Source: an uncultured bacterium
GTDB lineage: Bacteria > Oederibacteriota > JAAXVQ01
DNA: 64,000 nt
NCBI GenBank assembly: GCA_964604705.1
Contig: CAZSAP010000015.1
Location: 1,124-65,123, forward strand
Direction: 5' to 3'
A program made the translations under genes and the position numbers. The notes below the pieces were generated by a model. The model had not been told where the DNA came from, did no database searches, and worked only from the letters and a program-made list of their open reading frames with translations. Positions 39,358 to 47,980 of this stretch are shown in pieces. The first letter of the stretch is position 1. Every line of letters begins with the position of its first letter.

Positions 39358-40029
39358 CTATTTCGGTTGAGGTGCTTCGCCCCCGGGCCTCGGTTCTGAG
39401 ACCAGGTCCGGCAAGGGTTCATTCACCACAATTTTGGAAAATGCAATGTGCGTGCTGTCCCCGGACCCCTCGGTCAGCACCAGCGTTTGTACCACATCCA
39501 AGCGTTCGCCAAAGGTCATGTCCATGCGCGCCACAAACTTGCGCAACCCGGCGTGCTTGGGGGTCATGTGCACGCATACCGGCGGCCCGGCTTCGGTTGA
39601 AATCTCATACGCATGTTGCGCCGCAAATGCCTGGCCCGAGAGCCAGTTTTGCAACTGGCGCATGGTCTCGGCCAAGACCGGGTCCGGGGCGTCGCCCTGG
39701 CGGCGCCACCGTCCTTGCGCATCGGGCAAAAAACGCGAGGCCGTACGCCCGTCGTAAACCACCGCGGCTTTAAACGGGGCCGTGATCTCCCAGGAAATAA
39801 GGTTGGGCTTTTCAAACAACAAACGCCCGCGCGTGATCATGGGCTTGCGCAAAAACGAAACGTGCTTGGTGCTGGTAAATTCCGCGGAAAGGGTTTTAAG
39901 TTGTGCGGTTTGTTGTTGAATGGCGGCCAAACGGAGAGCGTCCTCTTGGGTTTCGGCGGCCGCGGAGAGACTCCCCAGACACCCGGCCAGAGCGAACATG
40001 CCCGCAACCTGCCACGGACTAAGCTTCAT
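39358..40029 (-). CDS. LolA-like outer-membrane lipoprotein carrier / lipid-binding protein
   Basis: Signal peptide MKLSPWQVAGMFALAGCLGSLSAAAE. Size and pattern resemble the LolA-like genes found in lipid and aryl-polyene clusters. Confidence 0.55.
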   Translation of the reverse strand: MKLSPWQVAGMFALAGCLGSLSAAAETQEDALRLAAIQQQTAQLKTLSAEFTSTKHVSFLRKPMITRGRLLFEKPNLISWEITAPFKAAVVYDGRTASRFLPDAQGRWRRQGDAPDPVLAETMRQLQNWLSGQAFAAQHAYEISTEAGPPVCVHMTPKHAGLRKFVARMDMTFGERLDVVQTLVLTEGSGDSTHIAFSKIVVNEPLPDLVSEPRPGGEAPQPK

Positions 40030-40825
40030 CGCTGTATCCTTCGATGCCCAGCATGGCATCCACGCGCTGGAACACAAACCCGCGCTCGCGCAAACCGGCA
40101 ATCACCTCACGCACGGTTTCCACCACGCGTTCGGGCCCAAAATCCTTGGTGCCAAAGTAGCGTTCATGCAAGAGCACAATCGATCCGTTCCGGGCTTCCT
40201 TGGCTACATGCTCCGCAATCAGCTTGGGCTCGCGATACAAGCCTTCCAAGCCGCGCACATCCCAGCCAATGGGTACCAGATTCAGTTTGCGGAACACCCG
40301 GCTCAATCCCGGACGTCCGATGGAAAAGGGCATACGCACCAACCGGGGTTTGGTCCCAATCACCTTGGCAATGGCTGCATTGGAACGTGCCAGCTCATCG
40401 CGAATGGCAAACACAAACTGAAACGGCCACCATGCGCTGTGAAAATACGAATGATTGCCGATCAAATGTCCGTCTGCCTCCACCTTCTTAACCATGGCCG
40501 GATTGGCCTCGGCGGCCTGACCGACCATGAAGAAGGTCGCCTTCACTTTTTCATCCTTCAATACTTCCAGGAGCTTGGGGAGGACTTTCGGGTCCGGTCC
40601 GTCGTCAAACGTGAGAGCCACGCAGCCTTGATCGGTCGCGCCGCGGTTGCAGGAAACAAAATAAAAATTCAGCTGGGGAAAGGTCGAGCCCACGATTAAA
40701 ATGCATAGGTATACAAAGAACAATCCGGCGAGTAACAACAGGCGGATCAACGGGTCCTCGACTAAAACCCAAGTGGTTCCAGCCAAGCTTAAAGTCCAAA
40801 GTGTGGTATAGGCAAACCAGCTCAT
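40019..40825 (-). CDS. Polysaccharide deacetylase (NodB homology domain), membrane-anchored
   Basis: ALTFDDGPDPKVLPKLLEVLKDEKVKATFFMVGQ and HSYFHS motifs. Confidence 0.8.
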   Translation of the reverse strand: MSWFAYTTLWTLSLAGTTWVLVEDPLIRLLLLAGLFFVYLCILIVGSTFPQLNFYFVSCNRGATDQGCVALTFDDGPDPKVLPKLLEVLKDEKVKATFFMVGQAAEANPAMVKKVEADGHLIGNHSYFHSAWWPFQFVFAIRDELARSNAAIAKVIGTKPRLVRMPFSIGRPGLSRVFRKLNLVPIGWDVRGLEGLYREPKLIAEHVAKEARNGSIVLLHERYFGTKDFGPERVVETVREVIAGLRERGFVFQRVDAMLGIEGYSDEA

Positions 40826-41880
40826 ATCGTCAGTATCACCCACGACCGATTTTCAACGTGCGAGCGATTATAAAGTATAATCACGTTTCTGTGCAGATTT
40901 TTTTTAAGGTTTTTGTAAAACATCTCCGGGATCTGCCAGGTTCCCTCCACCACACCCAGCCCGAGTACCAAAGCCGCGGCCGAGGCTGTGGGATATACTC
41001 CGGTCCATTGCAAATACGGACAAATTTTCAGTTGCCGTTTTTTTTCCCAAGAGGCAAACACACGTGCGGTAAACGCATCTCCGGGCGTGGTTCCAACCAT
41101 GGTTAGCGTAACCTGATCCCAGGTCAGCCCGGCTTCGGCCAAGGCTTGGGTCAGGTGTTGTTCTTCCTTTTCCGGTGTATCGGTTTTATGGCGGCGACGC
41201 AGGCCGACGCCCACCACGTGGGGAGTCCCTGGAACCGCAGGTCCCACCAAGAGCGCCGCAGCTCCTTCGCCGGGAAGCCAAGATGACGCTCCCGCGCGCG
41301 CGTGAGTCAAGCCCATGCGGGTCATGGCCCCGTGCAGCAAGGGGTGCCATTCATCGGTGCCCAACAGCAACAGGCGGTCTTCCTGCCCCTGCGGCAGACG
41401 TCGTGAGGCAATGCGTAACGCTTGTTCAAAACTGGTGTGATCGTGCGTGACGGTCAGGTTGTACCCGCGGGCCGGACACGCCAAGGCCACATTCGTGCTC
41501 GCGGCATTGTGCACCGAATAAATAAAATTCGCCGGCTGAGGTTCGGACTCGTTGCGCCGGATCATGTTTTCCATAAACGAACCCGTGTGCCCCAGGGAGC
41601 CGTAGACCGTCGCCCCAATCACACCCAAGCGCTCAGGAACGGGCAACGCCTGTCCCTGCACCGCGCCCTGCGCAGCCGCGAGGTTCAGCTTGAGCCAAGC
41701 ACTGAAACGTCGTCCGCCCGGAACGGCCGGTGGCGGAAGTTCCGGCGCCCAATGCCCGCGCACACCGTCGCGTTCCCGTACCGCAGCGCCGGTGCGCAAG
41801 GACTCCGTCACTTGCTCGCGCCCCACGCCCAATCCGCTGGCCAAACCCCATCCGTAAATGCCTAACGCCTGCATGCGCAC
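40822..41880 (-). CDS. Beta-ketoacyl synthase-like protein lacking the active-site Cys (CLF-like)
   Basis: N-terminus MRMQALGIYGWGLASGLG typical of KS enzymes. No TACSS-type Cys motif found. Confidence 0.55.
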   Translation of the reverse strand: MRMQALGIYGWGLASGLGVGREQVTESLRTGAAVRERDGVRGHWAPELPPPAVPGGRRFSAWLKLNLAAAQGAVQGQALPVPERLGVIGATVYGSLGHTGSFMENMIRRNESEPQPANFIYSVHNAASTNVALACPARGYNLTVTHDHTSFEQALRIASRRLPQGQEDRLLLLGTDEWHPLLHGAMTRMGLTHARAGASSWLPGEGAAALLVGPAVPGTPHVVGVGLRRRHKTDTPEKEEQHLTQALAEAGLTWDQVTLTMVGTTPGDAFTARVFASWEKKRQLKICPYLQWTGVYPTASAAALVLGLGVVEGTWQIPEMFYKNLKKNLHRNVIILYNRSHVENRSWVILTI

Positions 41881-41973
41881 CCTTTCCTTCCGAAATCATT
41901 CCGAGCCGGTACTAAGCTGCACCCAAAACCAAAACCTATTTGTGTACGGTCAAAAACGCAGACACAAAACCCA

Positions 41974-42966
41974 CTATTTTTTTACCAACCCCGAGGCTTG
42001 CAGCCACTCTACGGTCCGGGCAATGGCGTGATCCGGAGTAATCGCAAACTTAAATCCCAAGTCCTGCTCGGCTTTGGCCCCATTGGCCCACCAATACGTC
42101 CCGCTTTGCCGGCGGATATCCAAAGAAAAATCCAGATCCACACCCAACCCGCCGAGAATCTCGGCCACCCAACCTAAGGTTGCAATGAGCGGCAGCGCCA
42201 CGGTGCGCACGGGCACGGGCTTGGGCACAGCGCCCGCAATCAAGCCACACAAATGTTCCAAGGTAAGGTTGGCGCCGGCCAAGCAGTATCGCGCTCCGGT
42301 GCGCCCGCGTTCCAACGCCAAGGCCACACCGCGGGCTGCATCTTCCACATCTAAAATACTGGCGCCGCCAACCCGGGGACAAAACAGGGTCTCACCGCGC
42401 AAAGCTTGCAACGCATACCCGGTCGAGGACAAGGCCCCATCGCCAGGACCCCAGAGCATGGTCGGCATAACGGTAACCTGCTCCACCGCCCCTTGCAAGG
42501 CCTCGGTGACGGCCGTGTCGGCCGCGATTTTCGAAAGATGATAATGGTGCTTTTGCCGCAACGCCCCGGGTGCCGGATGGTCCTCATCAACGGGAACAGG
42601 CGCGGTATGCGCACCCAGAACACCGATCGAGGAAACCTGCAAAAACCGCCTAACCTGCGCCAAACGTGCCGCTTGGGCCATCGCCCGGCTGCCTTCCACA
42701 TTCAACCGATGCATGGCCGCGCGCCCTTGCACCCGCAGGGAGACCCGCCCGGCCGCGTGCACAACCGCTTCGCACCCCTCCACGGCCGCAGGCAACAACT
42801 CCGGGACCAGGACATCGCCCCGTATTTTTTCTACGTCGATCCCTTCCAGCCCGCGGGCGGCATCGCCGGGCAAGACCAAGGCACGCACCCGGTGTCCGCG
42901 CAGGACCAACTCGCGCGTGATGGCCGCACCTAAAAATCCCGAAGCTCCGGTAACTAAGATACGCAT
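41974..42966 (-). CDS. NAD-dependent epimerase/dehydratase (extended SDR)
   Basis: MRILVTGASGFLGAAITRELVLRGHRV Rossmann motif. Confidence 0.8.
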   Translation of the reverse strand: MRILVTGASGFLGAAITRELVLRGHRVRALVLPGDAARGLEGIDVEKIRGDVLVPELLPAAVEGCEAVVHAAGRVSLRVQGRAAMHRLNVEGSRAMAQAARLAQVRRFLQVSSIGVLGAHTAPVPVDEDHPAPGALRQKHHYHLSKIAADTAVTEALQGAVEQVTVMPTMLWGPGDGALSSTGYALQALRGETLFCPRVGGASILDVEDAARGVALALERGRTGARYCLAGANLTLEHLCGLIAGAVPKPVPVRTVALPLIATLGWVAEILGGLGVDLDFSLDIRRQSGTYWWANGAKAEQDLGFKFAITPDHAIARTVEWLQASGLVKK

Positions 42967-42978
42967 GGAAGGTTAAGG

Positions 42979-44046
42979 TTAGATTCTGGAATAATCGGGT
43001 ACAACGCTCTTCTCCCCGAGCACGGTCCCCGGACGCAGCCGGGCATGACTGCCGATGCGGCTGCCGCTGGGCACCACACAGCCATTCAAGTGGGCGCCTT
43101 CGCCAATCACCACATCGTCCCAAATCACGCAGCGTTCCAAAACCGCCTGCGCTCCGACCCGCACGCGGTTGCCCATGACGACCAATTCACCCACCCGGGC
43201 TTCGCGGTCAATCAGGCAGCCGTCCCCCATCACGGAATCCGAACAGACCTGCGCACCGCTCTGCACGCGGCACTGTTTGCCCATGCGAATGCGCCGGTTG
43301 CGCTTGACCGCCTGCCCAACCGGGAGCATAAACATGCGCCCTTCCAAAATGTCCATGTTGGCCTGCCAGTAGCGATCCACGGTGCCAATGTCCATCCAAT
43401 AGTCGGAGTTGGTGTACCCCCACACGCGCTCCCCGTCGGCCAGGAGCTTGGGATACAATCCACGTTCGGCCGAGTACGCTTTTCCGGCCGGAATGTGCGC
43501 AAAGACCGAAGGATCAAAAATATACACGCCGGCATTGACCCACGGGCTCTGACCTTCGTCCGAGCTGGGTTTTTCCACGAAGCTTAAAATGCGGTGCTGG
43601 GGGTCCTGCTTGATCAACCCATACGCCGATGGATCGGAGACCAGCGTGAGTGCAATCGTGGCCTTGGCGCGGCGCTTGCGATGCACGGCCAGCATTTTGG
43701 TCAAATCCAAATTGGTGAGGATGTCGCCGTTGAGCACCACGATCGGCTCGTTCCCGTAAACAAACGATTCGCAATTTTTAATGGCCCCGGCCGTACCCAA
43801 AGGCTGCTTCTCGGCCGCGTAATGAAACTTCATGCCGTAGCGCGCGCCGGTGCCAAAGGCCTTGCGGATGAGTTGCGGCATATGGCAAATGGAGAGCACC
43901 ACCTCGCGCACCCCGTGTTGCTTGAGCAGGTGCAACTGATACTCCATGAACGGACGCCCCACCATGGGGACCATGGTCTTCAAACGGTGTACGGTTAAGG
44001 GGCGCAGGCGTGTGCCTTCGCCACCCACCAGGATAATGGCTTTCAT
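42979..44046 (-). CDS. NDP-sugar pyrophosphorylase (mannose-1-phosphate guanylyltransferase-like) with a C-terminal left-handed beta-helix
   Basis: MKAIILVGGEGTRLRPLT (GGxGTRLxPLT motif). Hexapeptide repeats at the C-terminus. Confidence 0.8.
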   Translation of the reverse strand: MKAIILVGGEGTRLRPLTVHRLKTMVPMVGRPFMEYQLHLLKQHGVREVVLSICHMPQLIRKAFGTGARYGMKFHYAAEKQPLGTAGAIKNCESFVYGNEPIVVLNGDILTNLDLTKMLAVHRKRRAKATIALTLVSDPSAYGLIKQDPQHRILSFVEKPSSDEGQSPWVNAGVYIFDPSVFAHIPAGKAYSAERGLYPKLLADGERVWGYTNSDYWMDIGTVDRYWQANMDILEGRMFMLPVGQAVKRNRRIRMGKQCRVQSGAQVCSDSVMGDGCLIDREARVGELVVMGNRVRVGAQAVLERCVIWDDVVIGEGAHLNGCVVPSGSRIGSHARLRPGTVLGEKSVVPDYSRI

Positions 44047-44047
44047 A

Positions 44048-44974
44048 TTACTTCCCCGCTTTTTGTTTAAAATAATTGGCCGTGGCCGCAATGCCCTCGG
44101 CCAGGCTCACTTTCGGAGCCCAACCCAAAACCTCTCCGGCCAGCGATGCGTCCAGATAATTCGCCCGCAAATCTCCGCGGCGCGGCGGACCGGCCAGCGC
44201 CTTGAGGTCAATGTGCAGCGCTTCGCCGATGATCCGGTACAGTTCGTTCACATCCGTGGGACATCCGGTGCCAATGTTCAGGGCGATGTTCTCGCCTTTT
44301 TCCACGGCCCGCAAATTGGCTTCGACAACATCGCCGACAAAAACATAGTCGCGCACGCACTTGCCGTCGCCAAAAATCGTCGGGGCCTTATGGGCCAGGA
44401 GCGACTGGATGAAGATCGAAACCACGCCGGCTTCCCCATGGGGAATCTGGCGCGGGCCGTACACATTGGAATAACGCAAGGCCACATATTTGATGCCGCA
44501 CTGTGCCGCAAAGAACTTCAAATACAATTCACCGGAATACTTGGCAATGCCGTACGGCGAAGCAGGCTGAAGCGGAAACGTTTCGCTGGCCGGAAACTGC
44601 TTGGGCTCGCCGTACACCACCCCGCCGGAGGAGACGTAAATCACTTTCTCGATTTTGTGCTGGCGGCAGTTGGTCATGAGATTCAAAAACCCCACCACAT
44701 TGGTGTGGGCATCGGCCAACGGATCGTCCACGGAAAGCGGAACCGAGATCTGCGCGGCGTGATGATTGACCAAGCGCGGCTTGAACTCAGCGAACACTTC
44801 CCCCAAACGCGTATCGGCAATGTCCATCTGGTAAAACTTCACCCGGGGGTTTAAGTTCTCTTTTTTTCCCGAAGAGAGATTGTCCACCACAGCCACTTCA
44901 TGCCCGGCCTCGACATAGGCATCCACAACGTTGGATCCAATAAACCCGGCGCCGCCGGTAACGAGAATTTTCAT
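44048..44974 (-). CDS. NAD-dependent epimerase/dehydratase (GalE/UDP-sugar epimerase family)
   Basis: MKILVTGGAGFIGSNVVDAYVEAGHEV. Start placed at MKILV (44974). Confidence 0.8.
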   Translation of the reverse strand: MKILVTGGAGFIGSNVVDAYVEAGHEVAVVDNLSSGKKENLNPRVKFYQMDIADTRLGEVFAEFKPRLVNHHAAQISVPLSVDDPLADAHTNVVGFLNLMTNCRQHKIEKVIYVSSGGVVYGEPKQFPASETFPLQPASPYGIAKYSGELYLKFFAAQCGIKYVALRYSNVYGPRQIPHGEAGVVSIFIQSLLAHKAPTIFGDGKCVRDYVFVGDVVEANLRAVEKGENIALNIGTGCPTDVNELYRIIGEALHIDLKALAGPPRRGDLRANYLDASLAGEVLGWAPKVSLAEGIAATANYFKQKAGK

Positions 44975-45027
44975 GAATTTGCCTCCACTGGTTGATGCCT
45001 GTACAGATCGTGCGTAAGCGTCACGGC

Positions 45028-46434
45028 TTAATACGCGTCTGTATGGTGAAACACTTCCAAGGCCGTGCGCAGGATGATCTTGACATCCAGCCACAAGGAC
45101 CAATTTTCCACGTACCACAAGTCATACTTCACCCGTTCTTCCACAGGTGTGTTCCCGCGCAGGCCGTGCACCTGGGCCCAGCCGGTCAAGCCCGCCTTCA
45201 CGCGGTGCCGGTCCAAATAGCGCGGAATGGTTTTCTGAAACTGATCCACAAAGTGCGGACGCTCCGGGCGCGGCCCCACCAGGCTCATGGTCCCGGCCAG
45301 CACGTTGAACAGCTGCGGCAACTCGTCCAACGACGACTTGCGCAAGAAAGTGCCGATGGCCGTACGGCGCGGGTCATCCTTCACGGCCCAAACCGGACCC
45401 GTGCCCTGTTCGGCATCGGTGCGCATGGTGCGAAACTTGTAGATCGTAAACGTACGGTTGTCGCGCCCCACGCGCTCCTGCCGGTACAAAACCGGTCCCG
45501 GCGAGGTCCACTTCACGGCCAATGCCACGGCCAAAAGCACCGGCGATAGCACCAAGAGACCCGGAACCGTAAACACCAAGTCCAGGGTGCGCTTAAGTAT
45601 CCGGGCCCACCGGTAGGAAAGTTTGGATTCCTTGAGGGCAAACAAGGGAATGCCGGAAATCTCATCGGTCTCCAGGGGCTGGGTGATGATGCCAAACAAG
45701 TCAGAAACGATTTTGAGCGAGACCTTGGCTGTGCCTGATTCCATGAGCAAGGCTTCCAGGCGGTGATGCTCGGTGGCCGGCAAGGCGACAATGACCTCGT
45801 CGGCCTGCTCACGTTCTAAAATTTCGGTCCATTGGTCCAGGGTCCCTAACACGCGCAACCCCTCCCACGTGGAATCTTTTTCAGACGCCACAGAGATCAC
45901 ACCCAAAAGATCGTACCCCATGTCGGGATTGCGCCGAATGGTCTCGGCCAAAACCCGGGTGGTCGGAGTCGTGCCCACCAGGATCAACCGGGCCGTCCCC
46001 ACACCCTGGCGCCGCAGCTGCGCCTCAATGGTGCGCAAGGTACCGCGCAACAAGGCGGTAAACAGAACGGTCAGACCCCAGGCATAAAACACCACCACGC
46101 GGGAATACGATTCCGTACGGTAGAAAAAGGTAAGGGTTAAAATCATGCCAAAGGCCACGGTGGTGGCTTGGGTCAAGCGCGAGACTTCATCCACCCCCGA
46201 AACCCTGCGGCGGGGCAAATACAAGCCCGCGTATTGGAAACTTAAGAGCGCCACCACCAAGACCACGGGCCAGGCTTGCAGATACCATAAAACCGAGGGC
46301 ACATCGTGATACACCGGGATGGGCCAGCCGGAAAAACGCAACAGATACGCGCTGCCCAAGGCGAGGCTCACTGCCAGAGCATCGCTCCATACCAAAAGTT
46401 GTTTAAAGGTTTGTCCCAATCCCTGCCGCGCCAT
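45028..46434 (-). CDS. Undecaprenyl-phosphate sugar phosphotransferase (WbaP/bacterial sugar transferase family)
   Basis: N-terminal TM domain and linker. C-terminal KRTLDLVFTVPGLLVLSPVLL...YKFRTM...DELPQLFNVLAGTMSLVGPRP sugar-transferase signature. Confidence 0.9.
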   Translation of the reverse strand: MARQGLGQTFKQLLVWSDALAVSLALGSAYLLRFSGWPIPVYHDVPSVLWYLQAWPVVLVVALLSFQYAGLYLPRRRVSGVDEVSRLTQATTVAFGMILTLTFFYRTESYSRVVVFYAWGLTVLFTALLRGTLRTIEAQLRRQGVGTARLILVGTTPTTRVLAETIRRNPDMGYDLLGVISVASEKDSTWEGLRVLGTLDQWTEILEREQADEVIVALPATEHHRLEALLMESGTAKVSLKIVSDLFGIITQPLETDEISGIPLFALKESKLSYRWARILKRTLDLVFTVPGLLVLSPVLLAVALAVKWTSPGPVLYRQERVGRDNRTFTIYKFRTMRTDAEQGTGPVWAVKDDPRRTAIGTFLRKSSLDELPQLFNVLAGTMSLVGPRPERPHFVDQFQKTIPRYLDRHRVKAGLTGWAQVHGLRGNTPVEERVKYDLWYVENWSLWLDVKIILRTALEVFHHTDAY

Positions 46435-46478
46435 AGTGGATAGCTTCCTTCTATTAAAAAAATCAGTGACTTAGGCCC

Positions 46479-46534
46479 CAACGCCCCCCAGCTCCCCTGC
46501 TTTGACAAAAAGGGGGCAAGGGGGAGTTCGGTTC
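46479..46534. repeat. GC-rich palindromic element (CCCCCTCTTTGACAAAGAGGGGG family), degenerate copy
   Basis: CCCAGCTCCCCTGCTTTGACAAAAAGGGGGCAAGGGGGAGTT, related to the copies at 54226 and 58220. Confidence 0.6.
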
Positions 46535-46615
46535 TGAAAAGTGTTCTAGTTTACTAAAGACCCGTTAAAATGAAAAGCCTTTTGCCAAAATCAAAGATAA
46601 CTTCTACTACTCGAT

Positions 46616-46711
46616 TCCAGGCAATACGAGCTTGGCCGCTTTTCTTGCTGCGGAACTCGCACCGTGGGTGCTTCGAGCAGTCCTCGCTGCGAAAAGCGGC
46701 CAAGCTCGTAT
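46616..46711. repeat. Long perfect inverted repeat: 25-bp arms around a 46-nt core with a nested hairpin
   Basis: GGCAATACGAGCTTGGCCGCTTTTC ... GAAAAGCGGCCAAGCTCGTATTGCC. The core contains GCACCGTGGGTGC. Confidence 0.85.
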
Positions 46712-46770
46712 TGCCACTTAACATGCATAAAGACTACTCCATAAAAACAACTTACCTATTCAAAGCATAA

Positions 46771-46870
46771 TGGCAGGACTAAGCAAGCCTTAGAGGAAAT
46801 CCTTTTCATTAAGAGGATTTCCGATACGGAGTGAACCTCTCCGAGGTGAACGCCTTGCGCAGACCTGCCA
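46771..46870. repeat. REP/MITE-like repeat, copy 2 of 3
   Basis: Same conserved core (AAGCCTTAGAGGAAATCCTTTTCATTAAGAGGATTTCCGATACGGAGTGAACCTCTCCGAGGTGAACGCCTTGC) with an imperfect outer inverted repeat TGGCAGGACTAAGCAAG/CTTGCGCAGACCTGCCA. Confidence 0.8.
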
Positions 46871-46888
46871 GTATGCTCGCAGCCAAAA

Positions 46889-47980
46889 TCACTGTTTCTT
46901 CAAGCACGCCGCTATGGTCTTGGCCAATGTCTGCTTAAACACAGGCCGGTCAAACTCCAGCGCACGCCGCCGGATGACCTTTGCATCCCACGTCCGCTTG
47001 GCCGCACGCTGCATGGCCTCCATGAGCGACTCGGTGGTGGGTTCCTGAAAAAACACGCCGGTCTTCCCCTCCATCACGGTCTCCCGCGCCCCGCCTACCC
47101 CGTAGGCAATGACCGGACGCCCTGAGGCCATGGCTTCCAGCGGGGTGATGCCAAAATCTTCCTCGCCGGGAAAAAGAAACGCCTTGCAGCGCCGGTAAAT
47201 ATCCACCAATTGTTCCGAACTCGCGGGCGGCAAAAAGGTAACCGTTGGACCCGCCAGGCGTGCCAGGCGTTCCCGCTCCGGCCCGTCCCCAACTATGCGC
47301 AAAGGTACCTTCAGGCGGTTGCACGCGTCAATGGCCCGGTCAATGCGCTTGTACGGCACCAAGGCCGAGACCACGAGGTAGTAGTCGCCCACTTCCTCGG
47401 TGGAGGAAAACCGCGCGCCGTCCACCGGCGGATGCACGACCGTGGCCTCACGCTGATAATATTTCTTGATCCGGGCCGCCACATGGGCCGAGTTGGCCAA
47501 GTAATGGTCCACGCGGTTGGCGGTGGCCGCATCCCACAGACGGAGTTGGCTCATGGCCCAGGGAATGAACAAGCGCTTGGCCCATCCAAGCTGGTGGGCG
47601 GGAAAGTATTCGTGGTATTGCTCCCAGGCGTAGCGCATGGGCGTGTGACAGTAACAGATGTGCCGCGTTCCGGGAGGCGTGATAACCCCCTTGGCCACAC
47701 AGTGGGACGACGAGATCACCACATCGTATCCGCGCAGGTCAAACTGTTCCACGGCTGCCGGAAACAGAGGCAGATAATGCCGATAGATCTTTTTCGCCCA
47801 CGGCAAATTCTGAATAAATGAGGTGGTGACCTTATGACGCCGAATCGTTTCCGAAACTTTGGACGGTTCGTACAAGAGCGTGAAGATATCGGCCTCAGGG
47901 TAAAGCTCGCACAACACCTCGAGCACTTTTTCCCCGCCGCGCATACCGTTGAGCCAATCGTGAATCAGGGCGACCTTCAT
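46889..47980 (-). CDS. Glycosyltransferase family 4 (GT-B, EX7E motif)
   Basis: MKVALIHDWLNGMRGGEKV N-terminus. C-terminal FPGEEDFGITPLEAMASGRPVIA. Start at 47980, overlapping the upstream stop (ATGA). Confidence 0.85.
   Translation of the reverse strand: MKVALIHDWLNGMRGGEKVLEVLCELYPEADIFTLLYEPSKVSETIRRHKVTTSFIQNLPWAKKIYRHYLPLFPAAVEQFDLRGYDVVISSSHCVAKGVITPPGTRHICYCHTPMRYAWEQYHEYFPAHQLGWAKRLFIPWAMSQLRLWDAATANRVDHYLANSAHVAARIKKYYQREATVVHPPVDGARFSSTEEVGDYYLVVSALVPYKRIDRAIDACNRLKVPLRIVGDGPERERLARLAGPTVTFLPPASSEQLVDIYRRCKAFLFPGEEDFGITPLEAMASGRPVIAYGVGGARETVMEGKTGVFFQEPTTESLMEAMQRAAKRTWDAKVIRRRALEFDRPVFKQTLAKTIAACLKKQ

Noticed and set aside
46435-46888. CRISPR array or tRNA gene in the repeat-rich intergenic regions (46435-46888, 54078-54274, 59278-59628)
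   Set aside because: The repeats are not regularly spaced direct repeats with unique spacers; they are palindromes or inverted repeats or only two copies. No cloverleaf-compatible 70-90 nt segment with an anticodon stem, and no rRNA-like sequence, was seen. No cas genes are present.
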